A program made the translations under genes and the position numbers. 64,000 nt of DNA from a bacterium (GTDB lineage Bacteria; Electryoneota; B3-LCP): contig JAPKYS010000054.1 of the NCBI GenBank assembly GCA_026394195.1, forward strand, positions 20,583-84,582. The letters are read 5' to 3'. The notes under the pieces were generated by a model that had not been told where the DNA came from, ran no database searches, and saw nothing but the letters and a program-made list of their open reading frames with translations. Positions 34,949 through 45,466 of this stretch are shown in pieces; the first letter of the stretch is position 1; every line of letters begins with the position of its first letter.

Positions 34949-36658
34949 CTAATTGCCCATGGCGCCTCGAGCCATCTTCAAGGGATCATAGCTTAGCGAA
35001 GGCAGCGACCAGGTCAGGTAAACCTGAAACCCCAAACCGCCGAACTGTGCTTTAGGGAGATCCCAATTCGAAACGTCTTGCTCCGCACCATCCGATTTAT
35101 AGGTCCAAGACTTGGTTTCACCCGCTAACCGGTAGCCAGCGCCGACGCCCAGGTTCAGGTCATAGGAAAGCGCAATTTCCATGTTGGCGTTGAACACCAT
35201 GATGAAATTGTCGATGCTCCAACTGTAGTCATGGGAAGTTCCATTATCCATCCCGCTGCCGGAAAAACTGTACGCAGTATATTCCCCCAAAGCTTCCAGG
35301 CCTAAGTGGAAGCGGTTGGCGTAGAACTTCTTGACCAACCCGCCGCCGACTCCCCAGTTCAAGCCGCCCGGTACGTCTTCACCGTACATTTTCCAACCCT
35401 TCAGCTGCCCGTATCCGGCTTCTCCAAAGAGCGCGAAATAAAACTGAGAGATGTTAGTGCTGCGCGCCAGATTGTAGTTGAACCAGAGTTGTCCGCCGTA
35501 GAAGTTGGTTTTGATGTCGTCATCAAACCAATTCAGCGTCTGACCATTCGATTCATAGGTGGCATTCTTTACTGTAAAAGGCAGGTAGACCAATCTGAAA
35601 GACAGATCGATCGGCAGCCGGGGGTGTTCAAGCGCCAACTGGCCCCTCTCGTACCTGCCGCCAATGAGTACCCGGGCTCGAGAATTTGCCGGTTTGTCAC
35701 GGTTATCCGCCACTCTGGAAATCCTCACCATGCCCAGTTTCTTCTGCAGCATCGATCCGTCGGGTTTTTCGATGAATTCCGCCACGATGTACTTATCGTC
35801 AACTCCCAAGCCTTCCTTTTTACCCATACCGAATTCCACCCAGCCCGCCCCGGTATTGGTAATGGGGTTGGTGAGGCGAAACTCCTGGATCTCCTGCGTC
35901 GCCACCTTTAAATTCTTGGCTAACGCCTCGGCGGCAGTATAAAAAGCGTACTCTTCGCCTGACAGCGATTTCCCTGCGTAGCGGATGTTTGTTGCGCTAA
36001 GTTTAGCGAATCCACTTCCTGCCGCATCTTTTTTCGCGAGCAGTTGTACGCTGGATCCAATGGTGTCGGTTTTGATAGAAAACCATAAAATTCCGCCCTT
36101 CAGGTCGTAATTAACCGTGTTGGCGGATGCCGATTCATACTTTTTTGCTTCCGAGAGCACCGGCATATAGATGTAGGCTGAATTCATGATGGCTTTCAAG
36201 TCTTCAGCCGTGATGCCTGATTCTTTTGCTTTTTTTACGATGAAAGAGTTGCGCTCAACTTCGCTGACCAGATTCTGCGCGCGCATTTCTTTTTCTAGAT
36301 CGACGAAGCGCATGATCTCAGGAGCCAGCACCTCGTTCATCATTTGCGCTAATGCGTCCAAATCCGTGACGCCGCGCGCCAATATCTGCTGCTTGAAATC
36401 AGCTAAAATCGCATCTGGTAGCGGATTATAATCGAAGCGGCTCATGCTCATTTCGTTATTAATAGCGTTGAGCAGGAATGCATCCTGATCGGCGTTTAGC
36501 TGGGCGCCACCCAATTTTAAGACCGCGTCAACGTAGGAGATGGATTTGCGCTGATATTTTGCCTGAGTGTCCTGAGCGTATGGTGTGTTGTAACTGACGG
36601 CAAGTATCAGAAACAGGATCAGACCGCTTAAAATTCCTCTGTGGCAGCGAAACCGCAT
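34949..36658 (-). CDS. Predicted outer-membrane beta-barrel protein with N-terminal helical domain (Wzi/YjbH-like architecture, tentative)
   Basis: Signal peptide. About 250-aa helix-rich N-terminus. C-terminal half has amphipathic beta-strand periodicity with aromatic girdles (YGGQLWFNYNLA, GLEALGEYTAYSFSG, FQVYLTWSL). Confidence 0.4.
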   Translation of the reverse strand: MRFRCHRGILSGLILFLILAVSYNTPYAQDTQAKYQRKSISYVDAVLKLGGAQLNADQDAFLLNAINNEMSMSRFDYNPLPDAILADFKQQILARGVTDLDALAQMMNEVLAPEIMRFVDLEKEMRAQNLVSEVERNSFIVKKAKESGITAEDLKAIMNSAYIYMPVLSEAKKYESASANTVNYDLKGGILWFSIKTDTIGSSVQLLAKKDAAGSGFAKLSATNIRYAGKSLSGEEYAFYTAAEALAKNLKVATQEIQEFRLTNPITNTGAGWVEFGMGKKEGLGVDDKYIVAEFIEKPDGSMLQKKLGMVRISRVADNRDKPANSRARVLIGGRYERGQLALEHPRLPIDLSFRLVYLPFTVKNATYESNGQTLNWFDDDIKTNFYGGQLWFNYNLARSTNISQFYFALFGEAGYGQLKGWKMYGEDVPGGLNWGVGGGLVKKFYANRFHLGLEALGEYTAYSFSGSGMDNGTSHDYSWSIDNFIMVFNANMEIALSYDLNLGVGAGYRLAGETKSWTYKSDGAEQDVSNWDLPKAQFGGLGFQVYLTWSLPSLSYDPLKMARGAMGN

Positions 36659-36758
36659 GATGCCTCCGGTGTTGGGTTGAAATACTTGGTAATTTTAAAC
36701 TTATTTGTCTATTTTGGGCAACAATTAATGAAAGGTTGAGAGTCCCTTCTTCGTGGAT

Positions 36759-37901
36759 TCAGTTCTGCGGCGCGGTATAGCGGGCAGTCACCTTGTCTTT
36801 GGTCGTTTCAGAAACTGCAAGGTTGGGTAAATGATCCAATTTCAGCGCCACCAGGTGGATGTTTTCCGAGTAGTTGAAGCTGAAAGTCGACGTCTTCCCT
36901 TCCTGAAATCCTTCGTCTTTGACCTCCGAGTCCCGGAAGCGGACGTTATTCAGGTAGTTCTTTACCTTCATGTACTCATCCACGTTTGGGATGCCGTCCA
37001 CTTGAATGGTGATTTCGCTGGCTTTCTCCTTGCCGTAAGCCGCCAATTGCTCGAAAAAGTCCTTGCCGAAGGCTTTCGCGGCAGCCTTACTCAAAGCATC
37101 GAAGGAGGCTTTTTCGGGTGTGGGTCCCGTTCCGATGATGCCTTCCATAGGAGCGGCATACTGAGAAATAATCTGTCCCGTCGAGGTTTCAAGGGCGCGT
37201 ACACTCACCCAGCAGGTATAGATATAGACCGTTACCGGTCCAGCAAATCCGGACACCTGTTTGGAGTCCCCCGCTTTCAGCGTGACCGTACCCGGGATAA
37301 CAAGATTGGAGAGCAGGGCATAGCCGATCTTGCGAGCCGCCGCCATATCCTGATGCTGAGCCGCCGCGGTCAGATCGGCTTCCATACCACTTACGGCTGA
37401 TAATTGCGACGCATCGCGCACGTCAAATTTGGCTTTGACCAGCTTGGAAATCAACAAATCCGCCATCCGCTGATCCGAAACCACCTGCCCGTCGAATTCG
37501 TTGACGAAACCGACCACGCAGGAGTAATTGCGCAGGACTTTGGCGGCAGCCTCCGGCGTGATCTCCTTGCTGACTTCGCATTCCACCTGCAAGACCAGGT
37601 ACTCCTTCTCCATCTTTTCCGAAAGAATCTTGCTGCTCTTCACGTAGCCGTTGACCATGGAGAGAACGTCATCGTTCGCCATCATGAAATCCTGAACCGC
37701 TGTCTGGGCTTTGATTTGAACTCCCAGAACCTGTTCGACGGCGTTGCGCTGAGCATCCACCAGGGCTTCTTCACGCGCTGCGGGCATGTCATTGTTGAAA
37801 ACGGTCGCTTCGCCGCGTGCGGTGATTTTTACGACCGGCGCTTCTGCAAACGCTACGCCGATCATGGAGATGAGAATCAGTGGGATGAGTATCGATTTCA
37901 T
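36759..37901 (-). CDS. Secreted protein with N-terminal LPP20/FlgP-like domain; paralog of 33601-34869
   Basis: ARGEATVFNNDMPAAREEALVDAQRNAVEQVLGVQIKAQTAVQDF reproduces the LPP20/FlgP signature. Signal peptidase I site AFA-EA. Confidence 0.5.
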   Translation of the reverse strand: MKSILIPLILISMIGVAFAEAPVVKITARGEATVFNNDMPAAREEALVDAQRNAVEQVLGVQIKAQTAVQDFMMANDDVLSMVNGYVKSSKILSEKMEKEYLVLQVECEVSKEITPEAAAKVLRNYSCVVGFVNEFDGQVVSDQRMADLLISKLVKAKFDVRDASQLSAVSGMEADLTAAAQHQDMAAARKIGYALLSNLVIPGTVTLKAGDSKQVSGFAGPVTVYIYTCWVSVRALETSTGQIISQYAAPMEGIIGTGPTPEKASFDALSKAAAKAFGKDFFEQLAAYGKEKASEITIQVDGIPNVDEYMKVKNYLNNVRFRDSEVKDEGFQEGKTSTFSFNYSENIHLVALKLDHLPNLAVSETTKDKVTARYTAPQN

Positions 37902-38049
37902 AGTTGCCTCAAGAATATAGAGGTGTTCAGCAGTGATCGTGATCTTGGGGTGTATGGAAATAAAAAAGGCAAAACCACCCCGTTTTGCCCCGTTATACTC
38001 AAAGTTAGATTTAATCGTTCCCCGCCGTCTTCGGCTGTCCTGCCGTACT

Positions 38050-38547
38050 TTATCGGCGAGTGGAAAGGTGCGCCAGGTAATATACGTTGGCTACGATGGC
38101 CAACTGCGCCACTACCTGAACTACGGTGGAAAATAAATACCATACTGATCCCGAGACGATGATGGTATCTTCCGGCTTTAAAGTCGGGATGAGATTGCGG
38201 TCTCCGGTTTTCAAGTACTTGCGAATGTTTACGTCGATCACTTCGCTGCCGGAAGACGCGCCGCGCACCAACTTGACGTTATCCAACCGGCTCTTATCCG
38301 CTGGTCCGCCCGCTACCGAAATCAAGGTGATCAGATCCGTATCCGTGGGCACCACGTACTGACCGGGCTTCACCACTCTCCCCCAGACGTTGATGATCAT
38401 CATGAGCTGGTTTTCGTCGCCGATGATATAGCGCGCAGCAGATTCACCATATTTCGAAATGGTAGTTATCGGCGGTTCCTCGGCAGCTTTCGTGGTCAAT
38501 GCTGCGGAAAATAACAGTAACGCAAAGAGCAGAAATCGTTTGATCAT
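38050..38547 (-). CDS. SLBB-domain polysaccharide-export-like protein (mini-Wza/GfcC-like) with C-terminal hydrophobic helix
   Basis: YIIGDENQLMMIINVWGRVVKPGQYVVPTDTDLITLISVAGGPADKSRLDNVKLVR matches the SLBB/Wza D2-D3 pattern I.V.G.V..PG.Y.....L...I..AGG......V.L.R. The C-terminus LFSTVVQVVAQLAIVANVYYLAHL is helix-like. Signal peptide. Confidence 0.45.
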   Translation of the reverse strand: MIKRFLLFALLLFSAALTTKAAEEPPITTISKYGESAARYIIGDENQLMMIINVWGRVVKPGQYVVPTDTDLITLISVAGGPADKSRLDNVKLVRGASSGSEVIDVNIRKYLKTGDRNLIPTLKPEDTIIVSGSVWYLFSTVVQVVAQLAIVANVYYLAHLSTRR

Positions 38548-38591
38548 CTCGTAACCTTGATTGGGAAATCTCTTAACGTTCGTGTTTAGTT

Positions 38592-39365
38592 TCAGTTAAG
38601 GTTGAATTGCACGGCGGCTTCACTGCCTGACGGCAGAAGGACCGATGTGGCGCCCACCACGTCCACCTGGTATCGATAAGTTCCCGCTGTCAGCGGACCG
38701 ATAAAGATGCTGGTCAAGGGGAAAAACTCCTGGTGGTTTTCCAGAAATATCGGCGTCCACACACCACTTTCAAGGCGATTCAACCGGACGATAAACCCGC
38801 TGGTGACGGTCGGATCCAGGTGATTGTAACTCCAGGACAAAATCAAACTGTCCCCCTGTGCCACGGGATTGGAGAGTACTGGTTTGTCCATAAGGCGATA
38901 ATACGCCTCTGCCGATAAGGCGCTCTCATTACTGCTTTCGTCCAACGCGGTCACCCAGTAATAGAATCCCTGCGAAAACCCGGTCTGAGAATTGGGCGCC
39001 AGGTTGGCGTCTCGGTCGGTATATTCCGTCAGCTCCAATCCGTCGGCGATGATCTGCTTCTCGGATGAATCTTCCGACATACGGTAGAGGCGGTATCCCG
39101 CCAGATCCAGAGCAGCCGAAGGGAGCCAGCTCAGGTAGATGTAATTGCCTTCGGGGACAGCATCGATGCCGGTCTCGATCGAATCGGTCTCGGCGCTGCG
39201 CGGGGTGAACTGCATCTGCGCGGGCGGTTCGGTGTCCGCAGCGAACTTTTCCTTGCCGCAGCCGGAGAATAAACTCAACGCGATCAGAGCAAACAGGCAG
39301 ATTTGAACCGTTGTCCGCTGCTTTTTATCGATGTTCAATCGATCCTCGAAATGACCTGTCGTCAT
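38592..39365 (-). CDS. Lipoprotein with fibronectin-III-like domains
   Basis: Lipobox LFSGC. Two beta-sandwich-like segments with W..Y cores. Start overlaps the PorV-like stop. Confidence 0.45.
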   Translation of the reverse strand: MTTGHFEDRLNIDKKQRTTVQICLFALIALSLFSGCGKEKFAADTEPPAQMQFTPRSAETDSIETGIDAVPEGNYIYLSWLPSAALDLAGYRLYRMSEDSSEKQIIADGLELTEYTDRDANLAPNSQTGFSQGFYYWVTALDESSNESALSAEAYYRLMDKPVLSNPVAQGDSLILSWSYNHLDPTVTSGFIVRLNRLESGVWTPIFLENHQEFFPLTSIFIGPLTAGTYRYQVDVVGATSVLLPSGSEAAVQFNLN

Positions 39366-39367
39366 GA

Positions 39368-40429
39368 TTAGAATTGATAACTGATGGATAACCGGTGAGC
39401 ATTCCCTAACTCAGCCTTCAGAAATGCGTAGTCGCAAAAGAGATGCCAGTAGTTGATCCCGAACCCAGCCGTCCAGACGCCGAAGTCGATGTCGTTCCAT
39501 TTCCCCGAAACCAACTCGCCCCAATCCAACCGGGTGAACCCCATACGGAAAAAGAGGGTACGATCGTAGATGTATTCCAAGCCGAGGCGGCCATCGTATT
39601 GGTATCTCGTGTTGGAGACGCGCTCGAAACTGAATTCGCTCTTGATGGACGGAATTTTATGCCGGTAGGCGAGTCCGATGCGCAGATTCTGGGTGATGAC
39701 GTCGGTGTTCTCCCCGCTCCACTGAATGCCGGTCTTGGTGACGTCCTGGTAGGTCATCCCTAAGGCAAATTCACCTAAGTATGGTTTGGCGAACATATCC
39801 GCCAGCGAAAACTTGATCTGAAAGCCGAGGTCCGCTCCCAAACCGAAAGCCTCTTCGGTGTAAAGCTTCTGCCGGATGATTTTAACGCTGGCTCCGTAGG
39901 GAATTTCGATGGGGATTTCGAACAGTGCCCATCCAAAATCCAGATTGACCTTGTTCATCCGGGCAAAGCTGATGAAGACCGCGTCTTCGGCGTCGCTGAA
40001 GTAACCGGAAGGGACGCCGTTAATCAGATTCTTGCGTTGTTCCAGCGAATACCCTGAATAGTCCGGGAAGATGGGAATTTCATCGACCGCCAGACGGATC
40101 CAGTGTATTCCCAATGCCGCTCCGGTAATGGGAATGACCGCGCCCAGCACCGAATGCTGCGCCAGCGGATTCCCAAAAGTTCCGAATTGGTTGGAGTACA
40201 TCCCCCAGACAGTGATACTGGGCACGCGCGCAAGTCCCGCCGGATTCCAGTAAAATGACGAGGGATCTTCCGCCAGAGCGCAGTAGGCTCCACCCAGACC
40301 CAGCGCCCGCCCGCCCACGCCGATCTCCAGAAATTCTCCGGCGTATCGCGTCGCCCGGCTGACCGGAATCAGGCTGATCATTCCGGCAGCTATCAGAAAA
40401 ATACCAACTGTCCAGCGTCGCATCATCAT
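39368..40429 (-). CDS. FadL/PorV-superfamily outer-membrane beta-barrel; PorV-like (T9SS shuttle) by gene context
   Basis: N-terminal hatch motif LEIGVGGRALGLGGAYCALAEDPSSFYWNPAGLA corresponds to the FadL GLGRAYSGEGA..D....NPAL motif shared by PorV/PorQ. C-terminal SISYQF beta-signal. 9 nt downstream of the PorU-like gene. Confidence 0.5.
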   Translation of the reverse strand: MMMRRWTVGIFLIAAGMISLIPVSRATRYAGEFLEIGVGGRALGLGGAYCALAEDPSSFYWNPAGLARVPSITVWGMYSNQFGTFGNPLAQHSVLGAVIPITGAALGIHWIRLAVDEIPIFPDYSGYSLEQRKNLINGVPSGYFSDAEDAVFISFARMNKVNLDFGWALFEIPIEIPYGASVKIIRQKLYTEEAFGLGADLGFQIKFSLADMFAKPYLGEFALGMTYQDVTKTGIQWSGENTDVITQNLRIGLAYRHKIPSIKSEFSFERVSNTRYQYDGRLGLEYIYDRTLFFRMGFTRLDWGELVSGKWNDIDFGVWTAGFGINYWHLFCDYAFLKAELGNAHRLSISYQF

Positions 40430-40438
40430 CTCTTAGGG

Positions 40439-43400
40439 CTATCCTTTGCGTAATTTCGCCATTTTCATCGTCTTTTCGATCTTGGTATCGCCGCGCCTGG
40501 CCATGATCTTATAAAAGTAGACTCCGTTGGCAATCGTCGATCCATCTTCATCCAATCCGTCCCAGTAAATTTCACCATAGTTGATTTCCTGAGCGGAGTT
40601 ACTGTAGAGTGTGCGGATCAACCGGCCCGAAACGGTGTAGATACGGATGCGGACCGGTTCGGTGGTCTGTTCGGTCAACCGGTAGGAGAAATAGGTCTTG
40701 TCGTTAAACGGGTTGGGGTAATTGCCTATGAAATCCAGCTTGAACTGTCCCACTACGGTGAACTGAATGCTGGCGGAACCGGTATTGCCGGCCAGATCGT
40801 GCGCTACCACCGAAACCGTGTGATTTCCGGTGGCGAACGTTGGGTTGATAGACAGGTTGAACACCTGACCGCTGTTTTCTATCCCGACGCTGACCAGGTT
40901 GGTATCCACCGCCACGCCATCCACCGAGATCCAGTAAGTACTGGTCTTAACGTTCACTCCGCCGACGTCCTGCACCAGGGCAGAAATCTTCGGCTGCATG
41001 GGAACGTACCCACCCTCAGTATAGATCTGTCCTTCGACGCTGAGCTCGATTTTGGGACCCTGATGGTCGCCGTTCTGCAGGATGGTAAACAGACCGGTTG
41101 AATGAGTCGAAACCGAATAACGGTACTTGACCGGTGGTGTGAAGGAAAGAGTATCCACCACGCTGTTCAAGCACTGCCAGAAAGGCTGCTCGCCGTTCTG
41201 CAAATGAATATACGTCTCGCTGTTGTCTGTCAGAGTATCATTTTGCACCTGTTGATCGACGCTGAGCTTCATCGAATCGCCGACGATCTGAATGCTTCCC
41301 AACAGATCGACTTCAAATCCCAGACCCGATGGCGACCCGTTGGAATCGGGCATGGCGAAGAAGAGCCCGTTCTGCATGGTCGGGATGGAGAGATCGTCTC
41401 GCATCCGGTAGATCATCACGCCCTGCCCGCTGACGCCTCCGGGTGGAATGAACAGCCGGAAAGAATCTCCCAAAGTCAAGGTGTCGGCGGTTCCCGTACT
41501 CGGGGAAATTGAGAAATGGTCGATCAGCAGCTGCTGTTGATAGAGAGCCGTGGAATCGAAACTCCCCCAGCCGGATTCATTGATAGATATTTCCAGATTG
41601 TGCCAGCCTGGATTCAGCGTCGAAATCACGTAGGCTTCCTGAGTCTGGTTAAACGGGAGGTTACGGATGATCGCCGTACCCAGTGGAACCAGAGCTGCGT
41701 CATGGAGATAGAAACGAACGTCCAGAGAATCTATGGTGGTTTGCCCCAGATTTTTCACTTGCACGATCAAGGCGGCCTGATTCTCCCGCATCCCCATGGT
41801 CAAGCTGCTGTCCACCCAGACCGGATTGGCGCGGCTGTCCAGGAAGGGAAAGTTCTTGTCTTCAGAAGTGGTCAAATTCCCCGACGAATCCTCTACCACC
41901 ACCCAGGCGACGATGCGGTCGGTAGGAGCGTAGTGATACGTGGCTGAATCCATCGGCGTCGTCGTATGGTACCAGGGTGGATTGACGGCGGGACTCATGG
42001 GCAGCGAGTCGTGCGGGACGATGGGAATGCCCTGGTTGGTTTCGATGATGTAATGCATCCGGGCTGAAGCTATCCCCTGAGCGTCCAGAATCCGAGCTTT
42101 CAGCGTGAAGGTATCCCGCGCGTAGACCGGTTCCGGATCGGTGGATAGTGAGTCGATGACGGAACCATCGGAGTAGGCATCCAGAAGGTACAGTGGAGCG
42201 ACTCCACGGTAGGTGGTTGATCCGATGGCATCCCAGAAACTTAGGCGATAACTGCCGCCCGAAAGGAAGGAGCTGTCGCCCAAAGCGGGCAGCGGAAACA
42301 CGGCACGCAATCCATCCGCGTAGGGAATCAGCGGAGTTTCATAAGGCGGTCCACCCAGTGGACCGAATTGCAGAGCCGGGTAATTATTACTGTCATAAAC
42401 CCGCAGCATTCCCTGGTAGCCGGAATAATTCCCCGGAACCAAGATAGTGATCGTATCGCCGCTGGAAGAGAACTGCGGTGAATACTGCACTGGATTTGAG
42501 TATCGGGTCGAATACGCCAGCTTTACCGATGGATCGCCCAGCAAATTCATCAGATGGATGGTATCGAACGCTTCGACGGACTGCCCCTGCTGCCCCCAGT
42601 AGGAATAGAAAGCGATCTTGGCAGCATTGACGACCTGTCCCAGCGACAGATTCTGGTCATCATAGATCAGCCCCACCAGAGTTTCCTGCAGGTAGCTTCC
42701 GTTTAGGAACCAGCCCAGACCGGTCGATCCGAGTACGGCAATTGCGCCTCGCTGCGGCACGAAAATAAATTCCTCGCCCAGCGTGGAGGCGTCCTGCAAG
42801 GCATCGAAAGCGCCGATGAAACAGGTGAAGTTGGTGACGAAGGGGTATTTGCCGAAGTTGGTAAGCTGGGGCAGATTATCGATGCGGAACAGGGAGTTAT
42901 CCGACCAGACGGCTCCAGCGCCGTGACCGTTGTAATCGACTGCTAACGCTCCCTGGTCCAACAGGTCGATCAGATCTGTTGTCGCGCCGTAAAATGGGTT
43001 GGTGGTCGGATCGGTCGCAAGACGTTCCGGCAGAACGTCATCGTCGAGTTGGTCGATGACTGCCTGACTGACCGACAGGAAGGTGTAGTTCTCTATCCCG
43101 CCGGTTCCGGAGACGAAGAGGTGCGTATTACGCCAGGCTCCGGGGCTGGGATTGGTATCGTACTCCTCTAATTTGGCGAGATAGTTATCCAACTCCTCCG
43201 TGTCGCGCGCCGAGATGCGTCCCACCGCCACGTCGGGGATTAAATCATCGTCCAGCAGCCCATACCAGAAATCGCTGGCGACAGATCCGTACGCCTTGGT
43301 TTGTATATAATGCGCCGGCATCAGATTCCCGCCGTTGCCGAAGATATTGCGTGTGTCGTAGGATCCGTCGCCGACTAACAGCAGGAACTCCGGTGGTTCT

Positions 43401-45466
43401 GGCAGCGCCAGCAGAAGATCTTTGATCGCCTGCGGATTATAGATTCCGTCCGAGAAGCTGTTGAAGACCTGGTCGATGAACACCAATTCCGTGCGTCCCA
43501 ATCCAGCCTGGCGGCGCTGCACCAACCCATCCAGAGCGGCGTCGTTCTCGAAATCCCGGTGAGCTACGATCAGCATCTTGATGGGGGGCCCCAATGACAA
43601 CTCCGCCAAAAGATCGTTGCCCTCGACCACCTGTGCTGAGTCGGGCTGCAATTTGGCGGAAGGCGTCAAGGCAACGTATTCCGGATCGCCATAGGGTCGA
43701 TCCTGAAAATGGACCTGATAGAATGTCGTATTATTGGCTCGGTAGGGGATGACCGAACCATTGATCACCTTGGACTGGCCCAGTTTGTAGATGCTGATAT
43801 CCGGCGAGGTAAAACCATCGACCCGGTAGTCGACCAGCGTGTCCGCCGCCGTTTCAGGAGACTTGAAGCGAATTTGATCATTGTAAGCCTTGTACAACCG
43901 CTGATAGGTCACTTCAAACCAGTTCAGCAGGAAGGTATCGTTGGGACCTGCGGGTGTATCTACAGGACAGAATATCGAGAGATTGTTATTGCCGTGGTGG
44001 ACGTCTCCAGGACCTATCCCCTCTTCGGAATAGAGGACCACGCCGGTTTGCCCCACCCACCAGGATGCTCCGGATGAACCTGCTTCCAGAGCCGCAGAGG
44101 TCTGGTCGTTCAGGATGACGTAGCCGTGATGCTGCCCTCCCAACCCGAAGATATCCGGATAGGTCAACCCCTGCAAAGCCACCTTGACCCGCACGTCGAT
44201 CAGAGCGTTCACATCGGGGTAGGGCAGGAAGCAGTTGTAAAGTTTGGTCTGTGACGCCGAAACGCCACCGTCCCAATACCAGTGCTCCTTCAGCGAATCC
44301 GGTCCGACCTGCGAGAGCCGGTTGAAGTACTGGTTCAGCTCGAAGTGTTCCCAATAGGGGTAGGAAAGCGCCCGGTACATTTTCAGAGGATCGACCTCGA
44401 CAATCTCACCGGTTTCTTCCACCAATCGGCTCCCCAGATTCCCTCCCCAGGACAGCCAGTAAACGTTGATGTCCGTGTAAAGATCGCTCCAGATCTGAGG
44501 ATTCTCTGTGGAAGAGGTCCCATGCAGCTTGTCGCCCCAGAATTCGACATAATCTCCTTCGTCGAAGCGGCCGTCTGCTTCTCCGGCGACGTAGATGGAC
44601 AGTTCCTGACCTTTGTTTTCCAACCGGATGGTGCGAGGATCGACTCCGGACAAATTGACACCGTAAGCAGACAAATCATCTGAACTCAGGTGATACAAGC
44701 CTCGGGTGGAAACGTAGATTTTGAGTTGGGTGCCGGTGAACTGGCTGGCGATGGCGGACTGCGAAGCACCACGGGTACGGCTTACCGGCAGGTGCAAAGC
44801 TCCGCTTAGCGATGCAACGGTGCCGGGAAGCAGGCTTTGAGTCGTGCCGCCTCCCGGTTGTACGGGGTATTCGATGCGAAATTTAATCGAGGTCAGATAG
44901 GTCAGCGACTTGGTGCGGGCGTCGAATCGAACCGGCGAGAATTGCAGCGTCGACAGTGGGACGCCGCGATGTTTTCCCAGCGGCGTCAGATCCGCCCAGC
45001 GGTCAGAACGAACCGGGGCGGCAGGCGCATTGGTTCGGCGGCCCGGAACGGTTTTCGCTGTTACGGCCGGTTTTGCCGCATCGGATTCGGTCAGCACTTC
45101 GTCCACCGGAGCGCGCTGGAGATCGGCATCGACCGGGAGCAGAGCCGTCCTCGCGTCTAAGATCTTCAGCGAGAGCGTGCGCGCCTCTCCCGGCAGCACC
45201 ATCTGGTAGACGGGCAGCAGGCGTTGATCGCTTCCGGCGACCAGAGGCAGTCTGCCCATCTGCACCTTGATGCCCGACGAACTGCTCAGGCATTCCGGTT
45301 TCGGGAAGATGATCTGCGCCTCGATAACGCCGGGCGATTCCTTGATGACCTTCAACACGGGATCTGAAGTCACAACCGCTTCGGGAAGGCTGTTCCCGAC
45401 CAACTTGGCGACGGCGTAACTGATCAACAATCCCGGTATGACGATGTAAAGCGCTTTCCGGAGGGT
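40439..45466 (-). CDS. Giant C25-family peptidase with T9SS CTD; PorU-like (T9SS C-terminal signal peptidase/sortase) candidate. Track ORF to 45553 uses a weak TTG; GTG at 45466 gives a proper signal peptide.
   Basis: Central C25 domain (about nt 42523-43483): LLLVGDGSYDTRN, FWYGLLDDDLIPDVAVGRI, His in VDYNGHGAGAVWSD, Cys in FVTNFTCFIGAF. C-terminal NPFNDKTYFSYRL...RRGDTKIEKTMKMAKLRKG, a T9SS CTD-like domain. PorV-like gene immediately downstream, as for porU-porV in Porphyromonas. Confidence 0.55.
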   Translation of the reverse strand, partial: TLRKALYIVIPGLLISYAVAKLVGNSLPEAVVTSDPVLKVIKESPGVIEAQIIFPKPECLSSSSGIKVQMGRLPLVAGSDQRLLPVYQMVLPGEARTLSLKILDARTALLPVDADLQRAPVDEVLTESDAAKPAVTAKTVPGRRTNAPAAPVRSDRWADLTPLGKHRGVPLSTLQFSPVRFDARTKSLTYLTSIKFRIEYPVQPGGGTTQSLLPGTVASLSGALHLPVSRTRGASQSAIASQFTGTQLKIYVSTRGLYHLSSDDLSAYGVNLSGVDPRTIRLENKGQELSIYVAGEADGRFDEGDYVEFWGDKLHGTSSTENPQIWSDLYTDINVYWLSWGGNLGSRLVEETGEIVEVDPLKMYRALSYPYWEHFELNQYFNRLSQVGPDSLKEHWYWDGGVSASQTKLYNCFLPYPDVNALIDVRVKVALQGLTYPDIFGLGGQHHGYVILNDQTSAALEAGSSGASWWVGQTGVVLYSEEGIGPGDVHHGNNNLSIFCPVDTPAGPNDTFLLNWFEVTYQRLYKAYNDQIRFKSPETAADTLVDYRVDGFTSPDISIYKLGQSKVINGSVIPYRANNTTFYQVHFQDRPYGDPEYVALTPSAKLQPDSAQVVEGNDLLAELSLGPPIKMLIVAHRDFENDAALDGLVQRRQAGLGRTELVFIDQVFNSFSDGIYNPQAIKDLLLALPEPPEFLLLVGDGSYDTRNIFGNGGNLMPAHYIQTKAYGSVASDFWYGLLDDDLIPDVAVGRISARDTEELDNYLAKLEEYDTNPSPGAWRNTHLFVSGTGGIENYTFLSVSQAVIDQLDDDVLPERLATDPTTNPFYGATTDLIDLLDQGALAVDYNGHGAGAVWSDNSLFRIDNLPQLTNFGKYPFVTNFTCFIGAFDALQDASTLGEEFIFVPQRGAIAVLGSTGLGWFLNGSYLQETLVGLIYDDQNLSLGQVVNAAKIAFYSYWGQQGQSVEAFDTIHLMNLLGDPSVKLAYSTRYSNPVQYSPQFSSSGDTITILVPGNYSGYQGMLRVYDSNNYPALQFGPLGGPPYETPLIPYADGLRAVFPLPALGDSSFLSGGSYRLSFWDAIGSTTYRGVAPLYLLDAYSDGSVIDSLSTDPEPVYARDTFTLKARILDAQGIASARMHYIIETNQGIPIVPHDSLPMSPAVNPPWYHTTTPMDSATYHYAPTDRIVAWVVVEDSSGNLTTSEDKNFPFLDSRANPVWVDSSLTMGMRENQAALIVQVKNLGQTTIDSLDVRFYLHDAALVPLGTAIIRNLPFNQTQEAYVISTLNPGWHNLEISINESGWGSFDSTALYQQQLLIDHFSISPSTGTADTLTLGDSFRLFIPPGGVSGQGVMIYRMRDDLSIPTMQNGLFFAMPDSNGSPSGLGFEVDLLGSIQIVGDSMKLSVDQQVQNDTLTDNSETYIHLQNGEQPFWQCLNSVVDTLSFTPPVKYRYSVSTHSTGLFTILQNGDHQGPKIELSVEGQIYTEGGYVPMQPKISALVQDVGGVNVKTSTYWISVDGVAVDTNLVSVGIENSGQVFNLSINPTFATGNHTVSVVAHDLAGNTGSASIQFTVVGQFKLDFIGNYPNPFNDKTYFSYRLTEQTTEPVRIRIYTVSGRLIRTLYSNSAQEINYGEIYWDGLDEDGSTIANGVYFYKIMARRGDTKIEKTMKMAKLRKG

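Noticed and set aside
44837-45293. Cluster of overlapping Arg/Gly/Ala-rich ORFs on both strands
   Set aside because: They fall inside the N-terminal region of the PorU-like gene, in its most GC-rich stretch, and are alternative-frame artefacts. This part of the large protein is low-complexity (Ala/Pro-rich), so its N-terminal boundary is uncertain. The ORFs are still not independent genes.
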